Shown here: piece after piece, positions 17,637 to 30,291 of the stretch
Layout of the letters: each line of letters starts with the position of its first letter
Position numbering within the stretch: position 1 is the first letter of the stretch
Assembly (NCBI RefSeq): GCF_001481685.1
Contig: NZ_CP006867.1
Span: forward strand, 1,290,001 to 1,322,000
DNA length: 32,000 bases
DNA from: Ignicoccus islandicus DSM 13165
Lineage (GTDB): Archaea > Thermoproteota > Thermoprotei_A > Sulfolobales > Ignicoccaceae
Reading direction: 5' to 3'
The notes under the pieces: model-generated
Database searches by the model: none
Seen by the model: the letters and a program-made list of their open reading frames with translations, nothing else
What the model was told of the DNA's origin: nothing
Translations under genes and position numbers: made by a program

Positions 17637-18782
17637 ATGCTAATTAATAGAAAGATTGCTCTATTCTTATCGATTTTAGTGGCTACCGCATTCGCTGTCA
17701 ACAAACCAGCAATAACAATTCACGCAAGTGTAGGTGATCATGTAATCGTAATTAATGGAATTGATATTTCTTCAAAAATAGAAAATGTTCAAGGTATAGA
17801 AAATATTATATATTCAAAAGGCTCCTTAGAAAGCGAACTAAAAGATGCATCGTGTTGTATTAGGGAGAACATAACTGCGTCTTCTCATATCGAATCAACT
17901 TCCCTATTAATAAAAAGGGGTAAGCTTCACGTAGACATATCCTTTAAGTCAAATAGGACAGAAATTGATGGTGCAATACGAGTCAAAGGCAGCGTTGTTG
18001 CTTCACTTATATTTATAAGAGATAGTGATATAAAAGTAAACGTCCATGTAGATAAGACTAACAAGAACGCGTACGCACATATCGATGGATTTATAGCGTT
18101 AACCTCACCTCCTCAAATCACGAAAAATATTCTCAAGGTACAAGTACCAAAGATTAAGAAATACTTATCCGACCATGGCATCGATGTTATCAAGTTCGAG
18201 TACGAAGTAGTTAGTAATAAGGTTCCACCATCTTCAATAGTGAAACTGAACATAGAACTACATACGTCAAAATCTAAGCTAGAGAGTGTCTTAAATGAGT
18301 TAAACATAGGTGATATTATAAGCAAAGTAACTCTACCGGACGATAAAGCAAGGAGAACACTGACTGGTACTGCCGACCTCAAAGCGCAATTAAAGATGTC
18401 CAGAGAACCGAACAGCTCAGTTAAATATTACGTGATTATGGAAAGTTCTGCAAAAGTTTACGGAAAGTATTACAATACAACGCTTGCTGACGAGTTAAAT
18501 AACAGAGTGTCCCTAGTAATGGAGGCTCTAAACATAAGCACGCTAACTAAATACATCATAAGTGATGTTAAAGAAGTTAAGGTATACACGAACTTTGAAT
18601 ACAAGGATAAGAGAAGTTCAACAACTATAAGGTTTGAAAATTTGAAACTAATAGACAATAACGAAGTTTGGAAAGAGCTCTATAATATATCGAAGGAACA
18701 TAGTAATGTGGTAATAGAAGTTCAGTGTCACGACAAGATAGTCACACTAAACGCTCCTTCTAACCCATGTATTACTAAGTGA
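17637..18782 (+). CDS. Hypothetical exported protein
   Basis: N-terminal signal-like segment INRKIALFLSILVATAFAV followed by 350+ aa of hydrophilic beta-rich sequence; no family recognised. Confidence 0.6.
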   Translation: MLINRKIALFLSILVATAFAVNKPAITIHASVGDHVIVINGIDISSKIENVQGIENIIYSKGSLESELKDASCCIRENITASSHIESTSLLIKRGKLHVDISFKSNRTEIDGAIRVKGSVVASLIFIRDSDIKVNVHVDKTNKNAYAHIDGFIALTSPPQITKNILKVQVPKIKKYLSDHGIDVIKFEYEVVSNKVPPSSIVKLNIELHTSKSKLESVLNELNIGDIISKVTLPDDKARRTLTGTADLKAQLKMSREPNSSVKYYVIMESSAKVYGKYYNTTLADELNNRVSLVMEALNISTLTKYIISDVKEVKVYTNFEYKDKRSSTTIRFENLKLIDNNEVWKELYNISKEHSNVVIEVQCHDKIVTLNAPSNPCITK

Positions 18783-18875
18783 AAGAGCATTTGAAATTAC
18801 TATTGTATGAAAAACGAATATTCACGCTTCATAATTTATTTTTATAAAACGATTATCGTGTAGAGGGGCTAAAGC

Positions 18876-19643
18876 TTGGATAGGGAGCTTAGCTTCGCTC
18901 ATTCGAATGTAAACAACCTTCCTAACTCGGACTTACTAATACTGCCAATAGGATCCATCGAACGCCATGGCGATCATTTACCTCTTGGCACGGACACAAT
19001 AATAGCTGAATACGTATCCCAGAGAGTTGCATTAAAACTAAGGAATGAAGGTTACAAAGTATTCGTATTACCACCAATATGGTATGGCTACACTTGGAGC
19101 TTACTTCACCTCGATGGTACTATCACCATCGAACCCTCAGTATTGAAGTCCTTCATTGAAGACATCTTGGTGAGCTTGGCTAATCCGCGTTTCACGAGAA
19201 TATTGATAATAAATGGTCATGGCGGCAATAAGGAACCCATTGAGCTGGCAGTAAAGGAGGCGTTACTTCGTCTGGGCCCTGGAATCAAGATAGGATATAT
19301 CTCATGGTGGGACGTATTAGATGAAGAGACGCTGGATCGCGCGCTTCCGGGCTCAAAGCCCCTTCACGCGTGTGAAATTGAGACTAGCATAATGCTTTAC
19401 ATATGCCCTAGTTGCGTTGATAAAGAAGCTCTTAACAGAGTTGAACCAGTACGACCACCTAGGAGGTCAATTTTAAGATCATTGGAGGATACTCGAAAAG
19501 CTTTCTCTAAGGGATATTTAGGTGATCCGAAGAAGGCTAACGAAGAAGCGGGAAAGGTCATTATAGAGAGCGTCATCGATAAGCTCGTTGATTTAATTAA
19601 AAGAGAACTCACTAAAGAAAAGGTAGAGTTAGAGTATGAGTAA
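18876..19643 (+). CDS. Creatininase-family amidohydrolase (possibly ArfB-like FAPy deformylase)
   Basis: LPIGSIERHGDHLPLGTDTIIAE, LIINGHGGNKEPIE, HACEIETSIMLYI; TTG start. Confidence 0.85.
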   Translation: MDRELSFAHSNVNNLPNSDLLILPIGSIERHGDHLPLGTDTIIAEYVSQRVALKLRNEGYKVFVLPPIWYGYTWSLLHLDGTITIEPSVLKSFIEDILVSLANPRFTRILIINGHGGNKEPIELAVKEALLRLGPGIKIGYISWWDVLDEETLDRALPGSKPLHACEIETSIMLYICPSCVDKEALNRVEPVRPPRRSILRSLEDTRKAFSKGYLGDPKKANEEAGKVIIESVIDKLVDLIKRELTKEKVELEYE

Positions 19644-22508
19644 TTACTTTACCAAAAACGCAGCTAATTTACTGGTTCCACTCAATTGACTATTGTCGAT
19701 GCTAAACGCTTTTAGTATCTGACTTAGGGTCGAGTCTATTGCTTCGTAGTATTTTTCTAAATCCAGTTCCGTAAGTTTCGCTAACTGCACCGGTTTCACT
19801 CCTTCTGCGCCCTTGACTTTCACGAAAGATATTACATCTCCTGGAGCAACGTTGACACCAAACTTCAGCAACATTCTAGCTGCTTTGACGTGTTGAGGAA
19901 CGTTCTTATTATATTCGTTTAATCCTTTGGTTAATTGCATATGAAACGCCACTTCGTCCAAGTTGTAATATTGTTTCCTTAAGTTCACGTACAACTGTTG
20001 AACCAAGTCCTTTATCCTTTCCCTGGTTTCTACAAGGTCTTCCGGCGTTTCGATTCGTTTAATCATTTCTATAACATTACTAAAGGCCTCTTTGAGAAAC
20101 TGTGGCGTGTGCCTCTTCTTACCTAAGAGACCTTTGACGTCAATACTTCCATCCGGGTACACGCCTATATAGTTCTTCTTCAATCCAGTAAACGCAACGA
20201 ATCTGTAAACTTTATCTACCTCTATTTCTAAACCGAACTCCTTCTGTACCCAATTTATGATGTCCTTCAAGATCTCCTCAGAAGGTGACCACAAGAACAT
20301 CGAGTCGGTATCTCCGTATAGTATTGGAATTCCTTTCTCCATGGTATATCTCATAGTACTCCTGATAGCATACCTTCCGAATGCAGTGATGCTTTCCGCA
20401 GCTGGAGGACAATATAACTCGAAGCTTTCTGCACCCAGGACTCCATAGGATGCATTTATGTATACCTTCATTGCTGCTTGTACGGTATTATACCATTCTC
20501 TCATTTGATCTGAGAGGCTTTTATCTTTAGCTTTTCTCTTATAGATCTTAACCCTATAATCTCTTAATAATCCAACTATTAGAGCGGTAATGCCTTCTCT
20601 TTCTTGACATATTTTGTGACCGACCTCTGGTGCTTCAACATACTTAGTACATCCTTCTTCGTTAACCGTTTCGTAGCTTATGTTATACTTCTTTATTATG
20701 GTCGGATACAGCGAAGCGAAGTCTAATACTAAGACATTGAAGAAAACGCCAACTACAGGTTCGAATACGAATGCTCCTTGATATCTTTTTCCTTTTATTG
20801 TTGCTGAGCTACGTACCTCTCCTTTCAGCTTTATAATGTCTTCTCTATTAGGTATCAAATACCTCCTTCTCCTATGTTCCCAGAAGAACAAGTTCTTTAT
20901 CCATGCAGAAATTTGCTTTCGGGTAACTTCTTCGACGCCCAGTTTAGATATTCGGGAAATTAGTACTATTAACTTCCAAGGTAGATAGGAATTGAAGCTG
21001 AAAAGCTGTAACGTAAGTTTAGCGTCTCTAAAGTTATAAATAACTAATTCGTCGTATTCTAGTTCGCTAATAGGCTTAGTGATGCTTACCTTATGTTCGC
21101 CTAACAAAGCGGAGGCGACGGCATCTAGGTTGACCTCTTTATACTTGTTTCCAAACGCGTACGTCTTTATTGCGTTTATGTCGTAGAACTTGTACAAGTC
21201 GATATGTATTCCATGGTTAATGGTAAAGTAGTCAGATGTTTTCTTTATAGGTATCATGTTTTCGGGTATTCCTAGAAGCAGGGCTCTATTGTATATGTAT
21301 TGAAGGTCGAAGTTATCACCGTTATAAGTTAGAAGAATTGGATACTTCCTAATTACCCTAAGAAGTTCGATTACTAATGCTCTTTCCGAATCGAAGAATT
21401 CTATTTCAATATCTTGTTCAGATAACTTCCTTATTTGTTCTTCGGTAAGCTTCATGTTGTTACGAATAAGAACTAACACTTTCTTCATTCCGTCATTGGA
21501 TGCTAATGCGACTGAGGTAATCGGATAGGGAGCTTTGGTTGCGTCTGGAACCCTACCCAAGGACGGTGTAAAGACCTCTATGTCTATTGCTAAAACCCTT
21601 ACATTAGGGGGAGGTACTTCGAAGATAGGTATCCAAGCTATAGCGAGTTTCTTGAACTCATCGCTCTCGCCTTTGAACGCTTCGTTTATCTTCTCTATTT
21701 CCTCCGGACTTACTTTGTGTGGAACGGGTAAAATTCCGTTCTTAGTAACCATATATGGTAACAGTGGAATGAGGCCTAAATCGTATGTATAGTTATCGTG
21801 ATATTTTATTTTAGCTTCCCATGCTCTCGGCACCTTATCTCTTAACTCTCTTACAGCTAATGGATCGGTAGTGTAAATTTTGGTTAGTCTGAGGATCTTT
21901 TTATTCAGTAAGTCATACCTTTCTATTACATCCATCCCAGCGAAGCTGGAATTTTTCGTGATACCTAGTCTCCTAACTTCTTGAGGTTCCAAGTCAGTCA
22001 AGAAATACGGTTTATGGCCATAAGTATCTACCCATTTCCTTATCTCATGCCGTTTCTCATCGTACATTAACAAGACGGCTTTGCCTAAGTTACCATCATA
22101 AGTGACTTGCAACAAATAGTAACTCTCACCTGGAATAACGTCCGGCATCTCTCTCGTCAATATAGAGTAATTTCTTCCACTCGATTCGTCATTATTATTT
22201 AGGAGCATTGTTAGTGTGACGTTCTTATTTAGACGTGCCTTCTCTTGATGTTTCGTTTCAACGTTCCTCTTTAATCCGATCAATAATCCACTAACTTCAT
22301 TGTGTCCTATGGAAAACTTATCTCCATTACCATCGCTATCTTTCTTAACGTCACTTCCTTTTGATAATCCTTTTTTAGAGTTTTTATCACGGCAGTTCTC
22401 TTGATTGTTGGACTTGATGAAATCGAAGAGTGTGGGTCCCCTGTGTTTCCTCTTCTTCACAAAATGTTCCCATAAATTTCCTAGTCTTTCGACGGGATAA
22501 TATATCAA
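19644..22508 (-). CDS. Family B DNA polymerase (crenarchaeal PolB1-like), exonuclease and polymerase motifs intact, no intein
   Basis: Exo [11 protein letters not shown], Exo [18 protein letters not shown], Exo [12 protein letters not shown], Pol [10 protein letters not shown], Pol [12 protein letters not shown], Pol [16 protein letters not shown]; N-terminal TLFDFI PIP-like motif. Confidence 0.95.
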   Translation of the reverse strand: MIYYPVERLGNLWEHFVKKRKHRGPTLFDFIKSNNQENCRDKNSKKGLSKGSDVKKDSDGNGDKFSIGHNEVSGLLIGLKRNVETKHQEKARLNKNVTLTMLLNNNDESSGRNYSILTREMPDVIPGESYYLLQVTYDGNLGKAVLLMYDEKRHEIRKWVDTYGHKPYFLTDLEPQEVRRLGITKNSSFAGMDVIERYDLLNKKILRLTKIYTTDPLAVRELRDKVPRAWEAKIKYHDNYTYDLGLIPLLPYMVTKNGILPVPHKVSPEEIEKINEAFKGESDEFKKLAIAWIPIFEVPPPNVRVLAIDIEVFTPSLGRVPDATKAPYPITSVALASNDGMKKVLVLIRNNMKLTEEQIRKLSEQDIEIEFFDSERALVIELLRVIRKYPILLTYNGDNFDLQYIYNRALLLGIPENMIPIKKTSDYFTINHGIHIDLYKFYDINAIKTYAFGNKYKEVNLDAVASALLGEHKVSITKPISELEYDELVIYNFRDAKLTLQLFSFNSYLPWKLIVLISRISKLGVEEVTRKQISAWIKNLFFWEHRRRRYLIPNREDIIKLKGEVRSSATIKGKRYQGAFVFEPVVGVFFNVLVLDFASLYPTIIKKYNISYETVNEEGCTKYVEAPEVGHKICQEREGITALIVGLLRDYRVKIYKRKAKDKSLSDQMREWYNTVQAAMKVYINASYGVLGAESFELYCPPAAESITAFGRYAIRSTMRYTMEKGIPILYGDTDSMFLWSPSEEILKDIINWVQKEFGLEIEVDKVYRFVAFTGLKKNYIGVYPDGSIDVKGLLGKKRHTPQFLKEAFSNVIEMIKRIETPEDLVETRERIKDLVQQLYVNLRKQYYNLDEVAFHMQLTKGLNEYNKNVPQHVKAARMLLKFGVNVAPGDVISFVKVKGAEGVKPVQLAKLTELDLEKYYEAIDSTLSQILKAFSIDNSQLSGTSKLAAFLVK

Positions 22509-23575
22509 GATTTCTTGGAGAAAAACGCGTCTAATCCTAGCTGTCTACTCCTTATTTTCTCACGCCATGCTTTCTTTAGGCGTTCTGCCGCTCTCCTAAC
22601 CCTCTCCTCATTGAAGTCATGTTCTCGAACCAGAAATTCGATTAGACCTTCAATATCGGGCTCGCGCCATTCTAGGACGTAGTCGTCGGTTACTGGGGGG
22701 TTTAAGAAGAACTCTTTAACCTTCAAGTAGTATTCTACGTCCTCAACGTTATAGGATCTTAATATCTTTTCTAGATCCTTGTACGTTTTAACTAATCGAA
22801 GAGCTGTTTTTGGACCAATTCCTTTTATGCCTTCAGTGTAATCGGTGCCTACCAGTAAGGCTATATCTATTAATTGCTCGCGAGAGATGTCGAGGTCTTT
22901 AAGTATGCAATCTAGCTTTATTTCCTCTGGCTCTACGTTCACATAGACGTTCTTTCCAGGTAGCTTTCTCTTACCGCTTACAACTAAGTTTCTAATCAAC
23001 CTAGGGCTTCCGAAAAGTAGGGAATCGTAATCTTGGCTTCCACTTGCCCATACCGATCCCTTTTGAGCCATGTAAGCTGCTTGTGCTTCGCCTTCACTAG
23101 GGGCTTGGACCCATGGAACCCCCATAAGTTCAAGTAACTTCTTGGCATCTGCGACCATTGCAGGCGTTAAACGCGTACTCATCTGCGCGTACTTTTTGGC
23201 TTCTTCAATTATACCCTTAGATATGGCTTCCTTATACATTTTCTCGGCTTTTTCCTTTATGCTTAATCGTCTTTCTATCTCTTTCTTCTTAAAGTCCGGA
23301 GGTTTTCCATCAAATACGTAAGCGACTCTTATACCGTTTTCTAACAGATTAACCGTTCTGTAGAAGAGACCTGCTAAATGACTAGTCACGTTGCCTCTCG
23401 AATCCATTAATGGTTTACCATCCGGTCCACGAATAGCAGTCAGAAATTGATAAAGTGAATTGAAACCATCTAATGCGATTTTCCTCCCCTCTAGGGCCTT
23501 AAGAGTGTAGTTCGTTACGCATTTCTGAGGTATTATTTCACGCAGTTGAGCTATACCCATGAAATTATACCCCAT
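22505..23575 (-). CDS. fen: Flap endonuclease 1; probable true start at Met 6 (about 23560)
   Basis: [115 protein letters not shown]-terminal PIP box QLGLDAFF. Confidence 0.95.
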   Translation of the reverse strand: MGYNFMGIAQLREIIPQKCVTNYTLKALEGRKIALDGFNSLYQFLTAIRGPDGKPLMDSRGNVTSHLAGLFYRTVNLLENGIRVAYVFDGKPPDFKKKEIERRLSIKEKAEKMYKEAISKGIIEEAKKYAQMSTRLTPAMVADAKKLLELMGVPWVQAPSEGEAQAAYMAQKGSVWASGSQDYDSLLFGSPRLIRNLVVSGKRKLPGKNVYVNVEPEEIKLDCILKDLDISREQLIDIALLVGTDYTEGIKGIGPKTALRLVKTYKDLEKILRSYNVEDVEYYLKVKEFFLNPPVTDDYVLEWREPDIEGLIEFLVREHDFNEERVRRAAERLKKAWREKIRSRQLGLDAFFSKKS

Positions 23576-23605
23576 TAAATATTAGGAAGTATTCCCCATT
23601 CAGTT

Positions 23606-23869
23606 TTAACTTTGGGAGGGAGCTTTTTCGAGAAGAGTTATAATGTAATCGGACCTATCCCTTCTTACATGAACTAAACCATTAAGTTCGAGGTACATTA
23701 GAGCTTTAAGTAGCTCTGTTTTCGAAATACCGGCATCCTTGAATGGAGGAACGTAACTAAGAGATTCTTGAAGCTCACTGAGTTTCACTGAGCCTTTAGC
23801 AGTGATGAGATTATATATCATAAAGGCTAGGGGTCGGCTTCTCCAAGTTCTCGTTTTGTCGGTGCCCAT
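23606..23869 (-). CDS. Small winged-helix-like hypothetical protein
   Basis: 87 aa; SRPLAFMIYNLITAKGSVKLSELQESL...ISKTELLKALMYLELNGLVHVRRDRSDYIITLLE has wHTH helix/wing pattern; lies between fen and cdc48 on the same strand. Confidence 0.65.
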   Translation of the reverse strand: MGTDKTRTWRSRPLAFMIYNLITAKGSVKLSELQESLSYVPPFKDAGISKTELLKALMYLELNGLVHVRRDRSDYIITLLEKAPSQS

Positions 23870-23880
23870 TGTCCTTCACC

Positions 23881-26100
<2,220 letters not shown>

Positions 26101-26145
26101 TCACCCTCGTTTAATTTGGTTTTAAAGGTATGAGCCCCTTCAATT

Positions 26146-26565
26146 TTAACATCTTAGACAGAGCTTCCCATGATCGACTATCACTTCACATAGCTCACCA
26201 TCACTCACGTCGATTCTACCAAACTTGTCACCGTGAGTAATTCCGGCGACGACGCTACCGCTAACAACAATTGGATCGCTCTCCTCTTCAAAGATTATCG
26301 CTAATGGTGCATTTGAGTAGTACTTGAGCGCGTAAATTACGTAAGCGCCAACGGTGGAGCCTTTTGGACCTTTAGCAATTAATATCCTGTTCGCTATAGA
26401 GCGTCCATCGTATAGCTTCCCTTCTTTAGGATTGACCTCACCCAGAAAGCTTATCCTTCCTTTCACTTTAACGACTTCCGCTTTTCCGAGATTCTCAACT
26501 AGCAATGCGCGACCACACACTTCCTTCATTTCAAACACCTGCCTAGAGAACGCCTTTAATGTCAT
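26146..26565 (-). CDS. AcnX small subunit (DUF126), phosphomevalonate dehydratase small subunit
   Basis: GRALLVENLGKAEVVKVKGRISFLGEVNPKEGKL...AKGPKGSTVGAYVIYALKYYSNAPLAIIFEEESDPIVVSGSVVAGI; overlaps start of large subunit. Confidence 0.9.
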   Translation of the reverse strand: MTLKAFSRQVFEMKEVCGRALLVENLGKAEVVKVKGRISFLGEVNPKEGKLYDGRSIANRILIAKGPKGSTVGAYVIYALKYYSNAPLAIIFEEESDPIVVSGSVVAGITHGDKFGRIDVSDGELCEVIVDHGKLCLRC

Positions 26566-27700
26566 TGACTCTTACTAACCATACGTCCAGACCCTTTCTC
26601 TTTAAATAGAAGTAAGTTTTCGCACTAGTCGTTGCAACTTTTCTTATACCTAATTTTTCGATCGGTGTAACGACACTACAAGTACCCTTTACGAGTTTGA
26701 TTCCTTTTCTTTCAATATCTTTAGTCAAGCCCATCGAACTTGCGATGTTATATACGTGCGGTGATACAGCTATCCAGACCTCTTTCCCGCTCCTCACCCC
26801 CTTAATTCTATCGTTAAGTAACTTCAATTCGTCTACGCTAACGTGTGGGCATCCGTGAAATAGTAGCTCGGCGTCGGAAACGTCACCGAAGTACTTCGTA
26901 ACCGATTTTTCATCTACTTCTATCTTTTCTTCAGTACCTTCTCTATAAGTATCTCTTGGTGTAACCCCCTCAATTACCGACAAAGCAATGCTTCCAGAAG
27001 CAGCCGATGCTGCCAAGAGGAGTTTAAGCGAGGTTTCTGATATTGGTGGATTGACGTACCGTGGTGTCCCATTACCTACTATTTCCCCTATCTCCAATCC
27101 CACAGCGCTCCATTCGGCTGGATCGGAAATCCCGGTCACTTTTACGCGGTGCGTTGTTATTCTATTCTCTTCGAGATGAAGACCAGCGTAATACGTCCTG
27201 CCAGTAATCGCTGCCGCAATCGCTAGCATTCCTCCTTCTCTATTAGTATAAGCTCCGAGAACGCTGTTTGCATAGGCAACCGCGCTACTCTCACCCCATG
27301 CCAAGTGCTCTTTCTTTGAAGGAGTGCGAATATAGTAAGGAGTGCAAGTAACGGTTACGTTAAAACCCATTGAAGAAAGCGCTTTGAGAACTTCGATTTG
27401 CTTCTTGTAGAATTCAATACCAACTGGGATCTTGTTTGGATCGTCGATGTCCATACCAATTGGATTGATTGTAGAAAATACTCTGACCTTTGCCCCACGA
27501 GCACTTAGTGTCTTTAACCAATGTAGTCCCGGCTCGCCTATGGTTCCATAAGATATACCTGAAGCGTGTGCATGCGTTATCGGTATTAACCGATCGGCAC
27601 CTAAGACTTCACCGACTTTCACGACGATTTTCATTGCTTCGGAAACAGCTTCTCCGTACTCACCATTAATCATCCTTTCCTCTTCTCTATTTAAAAACAT
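26543..27700 (-). CDS. AcnX large subunit (DUF521), phosphomevalonate dehydratase large subunit
   Basis: LIPITHAHASGISYGTIGEPG, TVTCTPYYIRTPSKKEHLAWGESSAVAYANSVLGAYTNREGG, FHGCPHVSVDEL, VKGTCSVVTP. Confidence 0.92.
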   Translation of the reverse strand: MFLNREEERMINGEYGEAVSEAMKIVVKVGEVLGADRLIPITHAHASGISYGTIGEPGLHWLKTLSARGAKVRVFSTINPIGMDIDDPNKIPVGIEFYKKQIEVLKALSSMGFNVTVTCTPYYIRTPSKKEHLAWGESSAVAYANSVLGAYTNREGGMLAIAAAITGRTYYAGLHLEENRITTHRVKVTGISDPAEWSAVGLEIGEIVGNGTPRYVNPPISETSLKLLLAASAASGSIALSVIEGVTPRDTYREGTEEKIEVDEKSVTKYFGDVSDAELLFHGCPHVSVDELKLLNDRIKGVRSGKEVWIAVSPHVYNIASSMGLTKDIERKGIKLVKGTCSVVTPIEKLGIRKVATTSAKTYFYLKRKGLDVWLVRVNDIKGVL

Positions 27701-28383
27701 TATTTTATAGCACCCGCGAATTCTCGTAGTTTCTCATAGGGATCTTTAGCTTTAACTACTGCTGATGCAACCAATACTCCTTGTGCACCCAGTTCTAAGG
27801 CTTTCCTCACGTCTTCACCGGAACTTATTCCGGCGCCTACAAGTATAGGTCCAGTGAAACCGGTTTTCCTAACTTGTTCAATGGTTTCAGTGATTAGCTC
27901 GGGTTTCGCTTTGGACACAGAAATACCTGTACCTATTAGTTCTGGTGGTTCCATAGCTACCATGGAAGGATTTAGAAGCGAGACTGCGGCCGCAGTTTCT
28001 GGTCTGGGTGTGCATACCAATGAGTCAAGACCGTAATTCTTCAACTTGGCTATTACTTGATGTATTGCTGAAAGCGTAAGCTGACGCTCGCTATGATTAA
28101 CAATGCTACCGTGGACTATGTCCTTTATACCTTCTACAGGAATTCTCCCGGTCACAGCACCGGGATCAACTTCGTCAACGTGTTGGGCATATATCTTAGT
28201 TCTCTCGGATGCAAGTCTTGCTTCCTTCAGTTCTGTAAAGGGTGGTGCGAGAATAGTTTCTACATTATATTCAATAGCTATCTTATCTAGTGCTCTCAAT
28301 ATCTTAAGCAAACTCGATCCAAAGGAATGAGGATAATAGGCTTTAGCATTAACCGCTATTATTGGTTTCATGTGTACTAACAC
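27700..28383 (-). CDS. tpiA: Triosephosphate isomerase (short archaeal form)
   Basis: KPIIAVNAKAYYPHSFGSS, HAQHVD-type IYAQHVDEVDPGAVTGRIPVEGI, NHSERQL, VAMEPPELIGTG, GAGISSGEDVRKALELGAQGVLVASAVVKAKDP. Confidence 0.93.
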   Translation of the reverse strand: MLVHMKPIIAVNAKAYYPHSFGSSLLKILRALDKIAIEYNVETILAPPFTELKEARLASERTKIYAQHVDEVDPGAVTGRIPVEGIKDIVHGSIVNHSERQLTLSAIHQVIAKLKNYGLDSLVCTPRPETAAAVSLLNPSMVAMEPPELIGTGISVSKAKPELITETIEQVRKTGFTGPILVGAGISSGEDVRKALELGAQGVLVASAVVKAKDPYEKLREFAGAIK

Positions 28384-28398
28384 CTCCGTAACGTCTAA

Positions 28399-29094
28399 TT
28401 ATTTAGTATAAAGGACCTTTACCTCTGCCTCGCCTTTCGTAACTTTGTTTAACTTATCAATGACGTCTTGTTGCATCCCCGCCGGTATTTCTATTTCCGC
28501 AACTAACGTTCCGTCAGTTTTCCAATCGGCTGATTTAAGTTCACCTAATTTTTGGATTACTGGATAAGCCCTACCGGCGTATTGCGGTGGTACTCGGATT
28601 TGCAGTAACGAACGGGCAATCTTTATTGGTATTACTCTAGAAATAGCTTTGACAACTTTCATTGCTTCTTCTTCTACGCTTTTATAAGGATCTATAGAGA
28701 CCTTTGCTTCTGCCATAGCGGCTTCTATTCTAGATGGTGGAATTGGTAGTTTAGTTTGGGGATCAATAGCGTTTCTTGCAATGAAATTTATGACTTGTTT
28801 TCTCTTAGCTTCTAGAAGTTTTCGCCTCTGTTCTGTTGTAAGTTGAAGTTCGCCTTTCTTTAGTATTGTTTCGGCAATTGTAAATATATCGGTTGTACCA
28901 AACGCCTTCTTTAACACTTCTGGTGAGACTCTGTCTCCACTTCGAACGTCCTTATAAACTTCTTCACTAATCAGTATCTCTTGAATTGGAATCTTCTCAC
29001 CATTGATATATCTGAAGGCTTTCTCGGGGTCAACTAAGATCTCGAACTTGTGTCCCTTGAATTCAAGTCTGGCCACAACGTAAGATTTACTCAT
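28399..29094 (-). CDS. SBDS/Sdo1-family ribosome maturation protein
   Basis: [76 protein letters not shown]. Confidence 0.94.
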   Translation of the reverse strand: MSKSYVVARLEFKGHKFEILVDPEKAFRYINGEKIPIQEILISEEVYKDVRSGDRVSPEVLKKAFGTTDIFTIAETILKKGELQLTTEQRRKLLEAKRKQVINFIARNAIDPQTKLPIPPSRIEAAMAEAKVSIDPYKSVEEEAMKVVKAISRVIPIKIARSLLQIRVPPQYAGRAYPVIQKLGELKSADWKTDGTLVAEIEIPAGMQQDVIDKLNKVTKGEAEVKVLYTK

Positions 29095-29130
29095 AGCGTA
29101 CCACCGTTTGTAACTAATCCCTTGAGGGAT

Positions 29131-30174
29131 TTAGGAGTTTGGAAGACCCATCTTAGTTTTGCTGCGAGAATTTCTTGATACCTTGGTTGACATTCTCTTA
29201 GGAATGTAAAGCCTTGAAATTCTTTTCCTTAACCTCTTTACCTCGTCTGTATAGTTTGAATAGAAGTTCTTTTCGTAATCTAAGTTCCATAAATTGTAGG
29301 GTTTCCTCATTTCATTAACTTTAAGAAAGGCGTCTTCAATCAATTGAACCTTCTCGTTTTCAGATAGATAAGGATTCCGTAGTATCTCCTTTGTATCAAC
29401 GTATTCTGAGAACGAGTTTAAACATGGATAGAGTTTACCATCGGGCGAAACTCTAATTCTCATACATCCGGCGCAAAAAAGGGGATTTGACACGGGCTGA
29501 ACTATCTCGATGACGCTACCCGAAACGATGTACCTAAGCCTGTAATGAAGTGGACGGACTTCTACTCTAGATGCTTGCGTTTCAAGGAACTTTAGTACTT
29601 CTTGTGGAAACGTATGGTATATATTGAAGTTACTTTTAGCTTTACCTACTGGATGTAGTTCTATTAAATGGATATTGAAATCATTATTTATGGCAAACTT
29701 AATTATATCAAATATCTCTTTATCGTTTATTCCTTTTAACACAGTAAAATTAATGAAGACTGGTATATCGTATTCCTTTACTTCCATTAGACCTTCTAAA
29801 ACTCGGTTAAGAGCGTCTACGCCTGTGATTAGCTTAAATCTTTCTCTATTTAATGAATGTAGACTTACGTTAATTCTCTTCAATCCAGCTTGAACTAGCT
29901 CTTTCGCTTGATCTCTTAATAGATATCCATTCGTGCTTACACCAATATTTTCGTAACCGTAATTATTTAGTTCGCTAATTAGTTCCACGAGACCTTTCTT
30001 TAGTAACGGTTCGCCTCCAGTAATTTTTACGTCCTCTGCACCTAACTTGCGTGCTATTCGTGCTATAATTGAGAATTCATACCATTCCAGTTCATCTTTT
30101 ATAAGACCATCTATCCCTTCTCTATGACAGAAGAAACAATTGAAGTTGCAAGCGTAAGTTATAGATATTCTCAA
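29131..30174 (-). CDS. moaA: GTP 3',8-cyclase; true N-terminus lies upstream of 30174 (see findings)
   Basis: SLRISITYACNFNCFFCHREGI (CxxxCxxC), VKITGGEPLL, NVSLHSLNRERF, NFTVLKGIND, second cluster CAGCMRIRVSPDGKLYPCL. Confidence 0.88.
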   Translation of the reverse strand: MRISITYACNFNCFFCHREGIDGLIKDELEWYEFSIIARIARKLGAEDVKITGGEPLLKKGLVELISELNNYGYENIGVSTNGYLLRDQAKELVQAGLKRINVSLHSLNRERFKLITGVDALNRVLEGLMEVKEYDIPVFINFTVLKGINDKEIFDIIKFAINNDFNIHLIELHPVGKAKSNFNIYHTFPQEVLKFLETQASRVEVRPLHYRLRYIVSGSVIEIVQPVSNPLFCAGCMRIRVSPDGKLYPCLNSFSEYVDTKEILRNPYLSENEKVQLIEDAFLKVNEMRKPYNLWNLDYEKNFYSNYTDEVKRLRKRISRLYIPKRMSTKVSRNSRSKTKMGLPNS

Positions 30175-30291
30175 TGATTTAAAGGGTCGTCCATATGAAT
30201 CGTAAAGTACGTTTATGTTATCATTTAGTTCAATTGCTAGGACCCCATCGTAATTCGATGAGATATTTAGAAGTTTTTAGTAACATTGCTA

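Noticed and set aside
18812-18832. TATGAA ... TTCATA inverted repeat upstream of the creatininase-family gene
   Set aside because: Short and A/T-rich in an A/T-rich intergenic region; expected by chance and not distinguishable from background.
19644-22508. Possible intein or split in family B polymerase
   Set aside because: All exonuclease and polymerase motifs are contiguous without inserted intein blocks.
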